DNA of 62,664 nucleotides, counting the filler, from Asterionella formosa (Eukaryota), in NCBI GenBank assembly GCA_002256025.1. It is 6 parts of 6 records of this genome, joined end to end, with 100 filler letters (N's around TTAATTAATTAA, not from the genome) between each part and the next. Parts side by side here need not be neighbours in the genome. Positions count along the whole stretch, not along the records: positions 34,992 to 62,664 come from NKIB01001439.1; 5 more parts are not named here. One strand, written 5' to 3'. The notes under the pieces were generated by a model. The model made no database searches, was not told where the DNA came from, and worked only from the letters and a program-made list of their open reading frames with translations. This document shows, one piece after another, positions 47,500 to 59,749 of the stretch; the stretch's first letter is position 1; each line of letters starts with the position of its first letter. The position numbers and the translations under genes were made by a program.

Positions 47500-50050
47500 A
47501 AATATGCTGTCTGCATTGGCTAGTGGTCTTCCTGTATGTAGACTCCACGATAAAAATCTGATTCTCGACAGGGCAGCTGCACTGTCAGTCCATATCTGTA
47601 CCTATGACTTCGTTTCTATCTCAAAATCATTTATGTAAAAATTTGGGAACTGAGGCCAGTCCAAATAATTCTGCTCTGGTCAAGCTGTTTTGAGAAGAAT
47701 CGCCATCGACCAGTCCCACACATGCCGCTGTTTGAGTAGCAATAGAGTGTCGAGAGTTCTGAGTATGCAGAGTCCATGCAAAGGAACATCGAGACTCAAA
47801 TTCCATGGACCCATCGGTAGCCGCTTTAATTTGCAGTCCTATCTGTAGATGATGTCGAAGCCTTGTTTCGGATGCAGGGCTCATGACTAGGTTCTGAAAC
47901 AATCTTTGTTTGTGTTGAGGAAGTGATCTAAGTGCATGACTCCATGTTCTTATGCCTTGTCGAGGATGCTTTTGCCTCCATGGATTAAAATCCAGTGTGC
48001 AATAAGCAACACTCCCATTTTCATTTATATCGCATGGTAAACAATCCTTTGGTAAGTCGAGCCCCCTGTTGCCCCGCTCTGTTTGATCAAATTGCATAGT
48101 CTGTAGCCCTTGCGACCGATTTGGAAACGCCTTCCAACTTTTTTGTTCTTATCCAAAACCCATAGTTTTCTCCCCACTAATTTAATGTATGAATGACCAT
48201 TCCTGTTTTGTCTGTGTTGTCCATCATCCCACTGGTTTTCGTAACCTCAGCTTTCCCTCAGAGCCATTAGTAAGGAAATATCGTCGCATTACTAACTTCC
48301 AATCCTGTTGTTGCTGGTCCCTCAATTGATCATGCCATTCCCATTTTATTGTTCTGTGTATGATTCGTTCAAAATTTAGAATTTCTGGTCTCAGTTTTTT
48401 CCCATCTGCTGTTGCAATATCAGCAACCGATGAGACTTGAAGATACGTTCTACATGTGTTGAGATGAAATAATCTGTGTTTGCTCCAGCCTCTCTCCGCA
48501 AGAATTTGCATGACTATTGAGTCTTGATGACATTGAATACCTGGACCACAAGCATCGCTAATTTCAATCTGAAAATTGTGAGTCCCCCAAAATTTTCTCA
48601 TGTTTGTGAGCCAGGTGTCCATTAAGTATGGTACTGCCACATGTCCATTCAAAAGAATGTGTTGTGCTCTCCCCGATTCCAATTGACTAATTCTGAGTGA
48701 GATATCCATAAGTTTGATAACTTCATTTCTTGCTTATTTATGATAGAGGAAATGTTCCATTGCTCAGATGCCTTGTTCAGTTGTTAAATCCACCATTTTT
48801 AGCCCTCCTGTGGTGATTGGTCCATACACTACTGCTTTTGGAAAGTTTTGACTGAAGCCCATCTTGCATAGGCTTGTTCTTCTTGCCTTTCTTTGTATTC
48901 CTTCTAACTGAGATGGAGTCATGCTTGTCACTGGTAGTGAGTACCTCATTTGGGCTGCCCAGATCATGTGATGTGCTTGACTGGCATTGCTTATCTACAT
49001 TTGATTGAACATTGTTTTGATCATGTGAGTATTGCTTTTGTCATTTAATCTCTGTGCTTCTCCTTCCAATTCGCCCTGTGGATTGGATAACATCCCCAAC
49101 AATTTTGAAATTTTTTTCCGGAGATTTACATTCTATTGTTGTTGGACTTATATCCCCTCCTGAATATATTTTTACTGCGTATTTTTGTTCCAAACCAACC
49201 TCATATTCCTGTGGTGTTGGATTTGAGGTGCTTTCTTTTAAAACTTTAAGTCTTGGATAACCTAGCTGATCCTAATGCCAATTCATCATTTGATAGTAGC
49301 ATTTCGATAGTTCCAATACTCCGCCTCAGGAGAAGTAGATTTTCCCAAAGTTTTGTACATTCCTTGAGCATTTGCAGCATTGTGATGATATCCATTAGTG
49401 TCTTTTTGTCGTCTTTGAACCCTATCCTTGCATCATCTACAAATTCATCCGCATTTCGATCTGATGTGAGCTCTCCTGTTGGATCACGGTACTTCATGTT
49501 CCTTGGCGCATTCTTTTTGCACACGATGAGTAGAACTATGCATATTGAAACCCACACCGCCAGGGATGCGCCACTCCCTTGACCTGTTCCCGCTAACTGG
49601 TCTTTATCCGTACTTTGATAGTAGCCCTGGGAGGTTCCAAACACTGTTTTGATCGTTTATTTCATTAGATGTAAGGTCTCCGAGTGAGCCAGTACAGCCT
49701 CCATGGTTACCCCTAACCTCCTTGAACAGAGCATAGCCAAATTTACCAGTATCCTATCATAGCAGCTTGCAGCGTCATTGACAGATAGCGCAAGATTCGA
49801 TCTTTGTTGTTTTGCTATGTCAAAAGTCAATGTTTTCTTAAATAGCATGTCCAACCTACTACGATGTTTACTCAATCCTTGCATTTCTCTGTGTAAGGAC
49901 CCCGATTGTTCACCTCTTGCTATCATGCGACATCCCCAAATCAGTTTCAAAAACAAGTTATAGTCCGCCTCAAACAAGTATATGAACCTAAGATGATGGA
50001 TCTTTGGATTGCCTTTCTCTTTTTAGGCGGGGTAAAATGCATGCATGTTG
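47500..50050 (-). mobile_element. Decayed non-LTR retrotransposon, 3' half: reverse transcriptase and RNase H
   Basis: RT motifs FEADYNL.LK, NDAASCYDRI, GTGQGSGAS, FVDD and VVYGP...GGL. RNase H motifs ATDGS, TRAELFG and IWTDS. Many stops and frameshifts. Confidence 0.87.
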
Positions 50051-50068
50051 GCCTTCTCACTGAGGAAA

Positions 50069-50180
50069 CTTTTAACTTAAGCAGGACACTGACATCTTAA
50101 CTTAAACTTAAGCAGCAAACATCACATCTTGCTTACACTTAAGCAGTGAATGTCAATCTTGCTTAAACTTAAGCAGCACA
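50069..50180. repeat. 4 imperfect ~30-bp units with core CTTAAACTTAAGCAG
   Basis: Cores at ~50070, 50101, 50132 and 50162, separated by partly variable ~15-nt linkers that mostly end in atctt. Confidence 0.8.
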
Positions 50181-52459
50181 AGAACTTCTAATTACATTAG
50201 GGTTAAAGGGATGCCTTCATTTTCCGCCTACTGGTACTGGTAGCAGTATGGAGGGCAGCTATCACAGAACGCAATGATGGTGATCAGAAATAATATTCTC
50301 CTGGAAAATCTTGATCACTGTCGTCAAATCGTCAGCGATTTGTTGTAGTTGTTGCTGATAAAATGACGATGAACAATGACCTATAGCGGTACCAGTATAC
50401 CTTTACTGTTTCAAGGGTCAGTGTCCAGGGTATATACCGGTACCGGTATATTAATACATGTACGCAATATACCGGTATACTGACTTGAAGATGAGCAGAA
50501 TAATTGGGTTTGTGCTTCCTACATTTCAAGTAGTCAACACAGAATCCTACGTCGTGTAGATAATGACTTTGGAAAAAAGATACTCCATGGTAATGCGATT
50601 ATTGGGATGCATATAGGCATGGAATCTCCTACCAGTAATACAAAAACGCGTTTGCGCCGGGATTTTCACTCCCGTTGCTTAGCATCGCTCGCAATTTAGG
50701 GTTACAGAAACCGAAACACTGTCTGGTTGGCGTTTTTGTCCATGGTTAGCACTGGCCTTAAGTACTACACGCTTATTTACTTACCTTAAGCACCATATGC
50801 TTATTCACTTTTAACTTAGCTAAACAGCAAGGGTCACGAGCACAAGCCAAGCCTCCACAGAAGTGTGCCAGCCCTTACACGACGCGCTCTCAATATATAT
50901 ATATATTAAGTTCTGTGTAATGAGGTAATAATATTTAACCTCCCCCCCAAAGATTACTGCCGTTAAACGGTTTTAAGCACGTTTTCCAGATGTCCCAGTA
51001 ATCGGCGTTGTAGATTTTTTTTGACAAGGACCTTACCGTCAAACTAGCAAAGAACGAAGGAAAGGTGAATTTATGGGAAATTTCTTTTGCTACAGGTGTA
51101 AAGACTGGCGACGTTGAAGGCATTCAAAATGTGTCGGGAAAACCCAATTTTGGAGGAGGCGGGAGTCTCCGGGTTAGCGAAGAATCGCCCATATCTGCAA
51201 GATGATGGCATCTGGACTGAGTTACCAAAAAATGACGTACTTTTTTCATTCTTGTAAATGTCCTTTTGTATAATGGGAGTTTTTCAGTACAAAAACCAAT
51301 TTTACATCCATGAAAAATTGGGATTTAAAACACAATACTCACAGTCATATCAAAGCCGTGCTTTCGCAAGGTAACAAAAAATACTACCAGTTGATGTTGA
51401 TTACCTCACCAAGTAAACTGATTATGAAACCTGCCCGTTGTGTTGCTGATGCCAGGGGACAGGAGTTCCTGTTACCGAAGCATAGAAGAAGTCACTCAAA
51501 CGAGAGCTAACTTGTTTACACAATAAGTTGGATGGATTAATCAATGGCCAAATCAATTTTTGGGGTGGAATCGCTTCTGTGCTTGAATATTACAAGAAGG
51601 AAGGTATTGTCAACTTCACTAGCTAAATATTCGATGTTCCTACTTGGCATAGATTGTTGGCCAGATGATGACTCTTTGGCGGCTGTGCTATCAACAGAGA
51701 ATCTGTTCCTGAATGCCACGGTTCTGGGGCAATCCAATATTCCTTGTGGCTGATGCTTCTTATAGACTAACGCAATAAGGAAACGGTCTGTTTCCGGTGA
51801 TTAAAACCAACTTTGCTCGACAAAGAAAACAATCACTTTTGGAGTGATAAGTCATGAACATGACAAGGCACAAATATTCATATTTGCATCTATTAAGTCT
51901 TCATTGGAAGAACTGGTTAGATATAGGAAAAGCAATAATGTTCCCATCTAATGTCAATTCCTATAATAAGTAACTATTCCTAGCATGATATAAGGATAAC
52001 TATACAAGTTTCCTTCAGTTTTTGCATATTTGTTCCGTCTGGAACCTTTGTTCTTAATACTAGGCTTTAGGAAATGTGGTAATTATTTCCTGTCGAATGC
52101 AAATGCACATGCATGGTGTTTGCACCATCACCATACATTTGCTAACTAAGTGTGACAATGACAAGATACAAGGCCTTCATGGCCCCAAACAACATTCCCA
52201 TGTGAAATTTCAAAACATTAAGGGACTACATCTTCGGAGAACACCAATTTCCAGTTTTTAAATAATTCAGATGGAGTAATTGTTTTTCAAAATTGCTCCT
52301 ACAAATTCCCAATTTCAATGAAATTACGCAACCCTAAACAATATTTCGATTTTTGCCTAGGGTTTCTAATGCAGCAACCTTAATTATTGTATTGGAACCT
52401 CAAAAACACCTATTTACTATTAATTGGGTATTAACTGCACACTGCGTTTGCCCAAGTTA

Positions 52460-53835
52460 TCACTCCAACATCCAACACTTCAGTGTTGTGTCTACACCAC
52501 CTGACACTAAAATAGGCAAAGTTGGGTGCATACTCAAACAGCTGACGAAATGTGGATGCGCTGCATCCAACGTTCTTAAACACCGTTGTGCTTTAATATC
52601 CATGACTCGAATCGTCCGATCATCACCAGCACTGATAATGAAGTTTCCAGACGGATGAAGAAGAACACTCCGCACCCAGTTGTCGTGTGCCATAAAGGTG
52701 GCCAAACAAGAAATGGCACTTATCTTCCACAATCGCACACTCCGATCTCTACCACCACTGACCAGTAAATCCCGACTTTCGATACCAGCCTTGACCATTT
52801 TTTTCGATCCTTCAAATGTTTCGCAAATGAAACCCACTGATTCGACAACTGATTCATGGCCTCGCAATTCGCACCTTTTACTTCGATCATTCCCATTGTA
52901 AACATATATAACGGTATCATTACCAGAGGTGCAAAATGTACCATCACTGTTTCTCACGGATATGCACCTGACCCAATCATGATGATCCGTAATGGTTTGT
53001 TCGCAGAACCCAGTTTCGACATCCCACACTTTTACTGTCTTGTCGCGACTACAGGATACGACAAACTGTGAACCTGCCAACTCTGTATCCATCCCAGTTT
53101 GTGAAGAAGATTTCTCTCCGGAAGAAATAGCCGTTGGTTGTTCAAGGAGCGGTAGAAAGGCCACAGCCGAAATAGTATGGTCGTGACCTCTGAGCGTGCG
53201 AATGCAGTTGTAGGAGGTAAAGTCCCAAAGTTTAATGGATAGGTCGGTGGAGGAAGAAGCTAAATGCGTCCCAGTGGGTGTGAATGCTAGTGAAGTGACT
53301 GTATTTGTATGCCCTTTGAGTGTTCGTATATATTCCCCAGTTTCGTGGTCCCAGACCTGAAGGTAAAATGAAAAAAGCAGTGTTAAGCATGAAAAAACCT
53401 GCCAACGATAATGAAAACACCGCCTACCTTAATAGTCCCATCTTCACTCCCACTCACAACCAGGGTAAATACTGGATGAACTTGGACAGTGGTCACGACA
53501 TTGGAATGTCCCTGCAAGGTATGTGTACACGGCAATCTCGGCAACATCCGTCGATTGGCTCCACCATCGCTAGTTGTTCCACCCGTCCGATGCGCGTGGA
53601 TTTTCTGTTGCTGCGAAGCCAGTCGTTCAAGTTCCAGTACCTTCTTCTGCAGTCGAGGAATCGCAGTCCACTTCTTTTCCAACAAGGGTGTCGGAACTGC
53701 CTTCTTGTCATTGGGCGTCTCAGAAGCGCGCTGGAACGCACTGGCAGCTGCTTCCCACAATTCTCCTTCTTGCGAGAGAAGATACTCGAAAATTCCAGAG
53801 TGCAGGTCTTTTCGTTGTCGCTCCGTCAAGACCAT
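52460..53835 (-). CDS. LIS1: LIS1 / PAFAH1B1 / NudF dynein regulator, 434 aa; exons 53835-53428 and 53356-52460
   Basis: [16 protein letters not shown] (LisH), the [18 protein letters not shown] coiled coil and seven WD40 repeats ([46 protein letters not shown]). A 71-nt GT..AG intron joins the exons in phase 0. Confidence 0.95.
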
Positions 53836-54608
53836 GACACAATAAGGAATGAGGAACGATACAGAAGCAACAGTGACGACAAGAAATGGTTGGAATTAGT
53901 TGTCCCAAGTTCTTAGTTGTACTGCCGCCATACTGTCACTAATCCTCACTGGAAGTAAGTATAGGCAGTACCTGGTACCAGGTACAGGGGAGGCGGCTAC
54001 TACCGGTATTACCAAGTACCAAGCAAGCAACAACAACGGTAAAAAGTCGAAATGCTGCCCGTGATGGTGCGAGCATCGCGCTCGTTGGCATGCGGCCCGC
54101 TTGATAGCGAGCAAATATGACAATATGTCATCGACATAGCTTTTTATTATGTAGTGGTAATTGCCGGCATTTGATTGCGAGACGACAAATTCGAACCAAC
54201 TGTTCTACAGGTGTTCTGTACGAACATACTCTACGGCTGGGTGCAATTTCTCGGTCCACAAGGTACCTGTAGGCCTAGTACTAGCAAAAACCCTGACCCT
54301 ACTGTATATACAATTTTGCGCCTTAAAATCCCTTGTTAAAAACACATTGACCATGTCTATATTATTCTGTTGGTTTACTAAACAAGAGAACAACCACACA
54401 CACCGCTTGATTTATCAATATCTCCGCCATGAGCAGCGCTACTTTTAAATGCATCAAACGGCTCAGGAGCGAGCACATGATTTGATTAATCTATGACCTA
54501 TACTCAGTGTTGAGCATGGCAAATCCATGCCTATATGACCAATGGATTCATGTGCGAAAGCTCTTGAGCTTTAAAGTGGAATATCTGGAGCTGAAACTGT
54601 ACAGAAAT

Positions 54609-54694
54609 GCCTCAAATACGGTCCTACAGCATTTACAGTGAAGCTATCTGCAGGATTGCCTCAAATATGGTCCTATAGCATTTACAGTGAAGCT
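54609..54694. repeat. Direct repeat, 2 x ~37 bp (period 49)
   Basis: gcctcaaata.ggtccta.agcatttacagtgaagct occurs twice. Confidence 0.85.
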
Positions 54695-56194
54695 GCCTAC
54701 TACAATGATTTCACAACCGTGATTGCTGTTCAATGGATGTCTTAAAAAAAGGGTTGTACTTATAGGATCAGGTATATTATATGATAACTGGCACAGAATT
54801 TTTTGCCGCATGATGATCACATCAATAGATGTATGATAAATACATGTCATACACATGAATATTTGATTGTTATTATAATGTCGACTACGTTGTTTATAAC
54901 CTTTGATCAAGAAGTTATATAACGATCATCAATCATATATAGCCTTCTAATAATGGTCATAATAATAACCGGTATTGACTAATAATTATACTAACTAGTT
55001 ATCATACAATATATAGTATTTGTGTGACAACAATTCAAGTTGAAATCGTCATCCCTCTTTGAATTTCAATCGCTCTTCTCAATATTACCTATATTACCCA
55101 TACTTAATTCGATTTTTATACAATGTTGTATGAGTTCATCATTTTCCACGACATCATATAGATTGTTTGAATTTATGTTATATAAATTTCAGTACATGAT
55201 ATCACCAATAATACCCATTCCTAATTTGAATAAATTCAATGGTGTATGAGTCCATTATTTACCAAAACCTGATACAGCGTTTAGATTTAGGTTTGTATAT
55301 AATTTGTACGTAGTGATAGTTAATGATATAATTAAGCCCTGTCATGGATGTAACATATCATACGTAAATAAAGGGTACCTTGTACCAGTAAAGAACTGCT
55401 GTGACCCACGAAATAAAATTTGGAACTGCTGTGACCCAGTGAGCAGGAGAAAACGCGGTTTGACCCTACCAAATGCCGATATGTTAATTTTGAAACTTTG
55501 ACCCAAATCTTGAGCATCTACGCTTTAAGGCTATACCATTAGATATATTAATTATAGCAATTGGTTTGTCCTAAAATATTGGTTGAAAAGTGCAATCAAT
55601 GAAAATGTTGCCAGAACACGGAATACCCCATCTTTTGAGAATTCATTGTTATAAGATATTCCCTGCATATATTCAAAAATATCGCACTCGATTTATATGG
55701 TATATTATTCATGTCGTATACCTATCTCTGTCACTCATTATTACCTAAGTAAGTTGAGCATTTGTAAATGGTATACAGTGCACATTAGCATATGTACATA
55801 TGTATACTGGTTCACTGTTACAGTAGATATTGATATCATCACTATGCATGTAAATGCTTGGCCATTCCGGTATTTTTGTGTGTTGATTATATTATCAGGT
55901 ATATGGGTTTACAGGACTCCCAGTAAAGAATCTTCCTTCAAAATATTTCGCAAAACTCAAATAGTGGTAATCTGTGATCAACATGGTATATAAAGTTATA
56001 TACAACTATACATAAAAAAGTAAGTACTCCTGTGACCAATTACCAGCAAATTATACCGACCTGAAAATGTTAGTATCTCAGGACGTCGACCTTCAATGAG
56101 AATATCGTCGCAACCACAACCTGCTGATACCTTCGGTTAACAAGACCTAGAATTGTGTTTCTCACGAAGCATTGAATGAGTTTAGTCGAACGAG

Positions 56195-57200
56195 TCAAAC
56201 GAGTAAGAGAATCAGTGGGTGGCAGAAGCTTTTTACTGGTAGAATGCGAAGAGTGAATACAATGACGCTTCGGTCGTAGACGTTTAGCAATGCAGCATAG
56301 ATTATCATAATGGGTTTCTTGTACCGTATATCCCTGTTGCACACGTTACAGACCTTTGATTTTACTCGATAGTCTAGTATCTTTCTCGTGTAGCTACCAA
56401 TGCAGAGGAAGGCATGTCCACTTATGGAGTTGTAATTATTCCAACTGAATCGATGCTGCCAGCCCATATCGTAACTAATGGTGAGTTGCGGCATGTTGAT
56501 AACTGACAAGCGTTCTGTACCAGATAGAGTGTTCCACCACTCGAAATCTCGTCCTTTGTCAGCCCAATCGCCTCGTTCATGCACATTGAGTGTTTGAAAT
56601 ATTTCTTCCCAAGAAGCCTCTTCCATAGCAAGAGCTGCGGTCGCCACCTCCGCCGCACCAACCACATCATCTACGGCAGTGAAATTACCTTGGGTGGACC
56701 AAAATCCAACTGCAATAGGTAAGTTCATTGCGGAACAAACGATGTCTGCGTCACCAGGTCCCATTCCGGCTTCGTGACAACCAAGAATAAACTGCTGGTT
56801 GATTGCAAAGTGTTTCGCTTCACTTTTCTTTATCTCACCATGATCTTCGTCATTGTCATCGTTGTTGCTTCTAGCTGATCCAAGTTTAGCGACCCGTTTC
56901 TGGCAGGTCAAACATGCTGTTTTGACGGCACTTGCCAATCCGTAGGTCTCCGATTACACAACAATCAACGGTTGATTGACCGAGGTTTCTAACAAGGCCT
57001 GTTCCAAGAAGGATTCACATTTCTCTTCCATTGTAATGTGGTAGGCACTATTGTTTTGTAGGTAAGTTACAAAGTCACAAACAGTTTGTTTACTGTATTC
57101 GTCAACAAATGTACAAACACGTTTTTGCAAAACACATTTTCCAGCAGCAATGTCGACAATGAAGGATTATCGATGACTTGATTCCTGCTTTGTTGAAAAT
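56195..57200 (-). mobile_element. Truncated DDE transposase of the DGxWQKRG type (Kolobok-Hydra / Mutator-like transposase domain)
   Basis: ETYGLAS....C..C, then INQQFILG...G.G......C..MNLP, then ISYDMGWQHR...YNSISGH..IG.YT.KILDY.VKSK.C..C. Homology appears to end after KKP. The superfamily assignment is from memory of motifs. Confidence 0.65.
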
Positions 57201-57339
57201 GTGGTTGAATGGTAGATGTGGTAGATGTGGTAGATGTGATTGTTATTGGAGGCGAATTCTTGGTTGTAAGAATCCACTAATTCTGATTTTTGTCATTGAC
57301 AACGTCTGCAAATAAAAACCATCATATTTCCATGATTCA

Positions 57340-57930
57340 TCATAGTAGGATTTTGATCATCTGATCATAGTTTTTCGTTATATCATCTAATAATTTTGAT
57401 AAATGCCCTCGTAATTTAAATAGTAACCCTTTTGACTATGGAAATTTAATTATTATATGTATTGTTTCTTTCAGGTTCCTTTATTTAAATTTCTTGGTAA
57501 GATAATGAACCAGATAGAGTAATGTGGTTTGGCTCATCATCCTTGCCAGTCCTCACTCTGATTCTTGCAACAACGACAAACCAGCCTTGTCGAGAGGAAC
57601 GAGTGTTTGTGAAAAATCTTCATTTGTTGTAAGTCATCATATGTCTTCGATGAATCATCATCTACATTGCACAGTATGTTCATATGCAATCTGTTAAGAG
57701 CTTGAAAAGAAATCCAATGAAAACGAAATGCTCATCACACAAGACGAATATTTCCGGCCAGTCTGTCACCAGAGCATCGATCAGTGTTACAACCTCAATC
57801 ATAGCTACAAAATTATAGAACAGTAAAATCTACTTCTCTGTAACTTCGTCTCTCTAACAAGAATGTAATACATTTAGAATTGAAATGCAGCATAGCAGGC
57901 GATACGCACAAAGAAGCATGAGACTGTGTA
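57340..57930. repeat. AT-rich dispersed repeat, inverted homologue of ~44500-45030
   Basis: Reverse-complement match to 44500-45030. It lies just upstream of the minus-strand transposase fragment. Confidence 0.85.
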
Positions 57931-58299
57931 TTTATAGTAACAGAGTGATTCTGGTTTCGGAGTTTTCATGTCTCATCAGATTTCCTTTGTCATCGTACTA
58001 GTAGTTCCTTACCTTTGAAGACAGGAGCGTATTCTTTGATGTATTTGGAATGGTTCAATGGATGGCAGCAGTTGGATTTAGACACAAACCTTGACAAAAG
58101 CACTAGTACCTTGTAGATGTTCATGGAAAGCGAGACACTTTGGCCTATCGAACACCGGCCAGTCTATACTGCACAAATGCAAGAAGCACAAGTTTGAATG
58201 ACCATTTATGGATTCAAGTTTCAGTAGTGCAACAATGTAAAAATATTAGGAATCGGAAGTCACTTTTCATCTTATTACGAATTTCGTTAGCTATACTAG

Positions 58300-59749
58300 C
58301 TAGTATTGATTGAGAGGAAGCAATGGTAGAATGCCAACCGGGCAGGGGCAAACAACACAGAGGAGTCTAATTTTTCTCCCCAATGATCCCAAACCCTTCT
58401 TGGATGTCACTTGCTAAAGAAAATGGAGAACAGCCGCCATGATCTGTTGATTGTTGCTTGCTGCATGTTGCCACTGACCAAAACCTCCAGAAATCTCAAT
58501 GAATTGCTTGTTTCTTGACTTGAATGCAAAAGGGATCGAAACCAGTGGAAAAATCAAAAGGGAAATAGCTAAAAATGCTCTGCAAACATCAGAACAATTG
58601 TGAAGCAGAAATGAAGGTTCTTGGGAGGAGAAGTAAAGGGATAATTGCTTCTGGTCCTGCGGGAACAAGAATTGATCGACCCAAAAAATGTTGACAAATA
58701 GGTACCTACGGGAAAAGGAAGCATTGCTTTCAGCATCATCAATCTATACACAAGCCTGCGCCACCTGATGTCGTCAATATAGCTATCTCGACTTCATCAA
58801 TGAAGAAGTCAATAGGTTGAGCATGTGAGGAAAATTGGGGTTGAGGTTTTCTTGACGCCAACAACGTGATTGAGTGACCTGGGCCTGTGAAGCCAAAGGA
58901 TAAAGAAAAATCTATGACAAGGGTGCGTTGTGAGATAGTGTTTAGGAGGGGGGAGCAAAAGTTATCATAGCTGAACGCATTCGAAACTTGTAAAGACAAT
59001 AAATGGTGGCATGCCATGGCTGCTCTTGGCTGACAGCTGCCAAGTCAAGTACAAACACAACGAGGGTGCACAAAAGACAGTCCAATTTTAATCGACTGGC
59101 TGATACTTAGTTGTGAGACTCACCATTCTGCAATGGGGTGGACTTTGATCATTTCTTCGTTCAAAACACAATCAATTCGAATGCTGTCCAGTGAAACAAC
59201 CAATGAAAACAATTGTGGCGAAAAAGCGCAGAACAGATCAAGAGCGAGATTTCATAGGATTAAAATAACAACAGCAGGGCATATATGAAGCACTGCTTCT
59301 TGTGTAGACTATATTTGATCATTTCCACATTTCATACTATACAGTTGCAGCATGGATGACTTCTCCCACCCTTTCATTAGATATGCAGCCATGTTGCGGT
59401 AATTCTACAGGACCTATAGGATTGGTAGTCTGGTGGTCATCATTTCCCCACTGCTCCTTGTGTAGACTAGCTATATTTGATCATTTCCATATTTCATACT
59501 ATACAGGTGCAGCATGGATGAATCCTCCCACCCTTTCATTAGATATGCAGCCATGTTGCGATAATTCTACAGGACCTAGTATAGGATTGGTAGTCTGGTG
59601 GTCATCACTCCCGGATTGTATATACCAGTAGGAGTCATGTATGCATGCATGCTGCGATAAGTCTTACAAGTCATAAAATTTGGTAGCTTGGGAGTTATCA
59701 CTTCTGGACTGTATACAACGACTACTTCGGTATAATCTATGATCTTTAA
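58300..59749 (+). repeat. Dispersed repeat, copy B (homologous to 31404-32752), with an internal ~158-bp tandem duplication at 59291-59607
   Basis: Colinear with copy A. The block cactgct.cttgtgtagacta...ggattggtagtctggtggtcatc occurs twice here and once in copy A. Confidence 0.93.

Noticed and set aside
36990..50050. One LINE spanning APE and RT with captured SET and DUF1348 genes
   Set aside because: Domain order on the minus strand is wrong (RT before ORF1/APE), and DUF1348 retains an intron.
50069..50180. CRISPR-like mini-array
   Set aside because: The core is only ~15 bp, the linkers are ~15 nt and partly similar to each other, there are no cas genes, and the context is eukaryotic.
51000..52300. 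Short ORFs as a coding remnant
   Set aside because: No motif I can recognise in any frame; left unannotated.
53320..53916. 198-aa plus-strand ORF
   Set aside because: Antisense shadow of LIS1 exon 1 and its intron.
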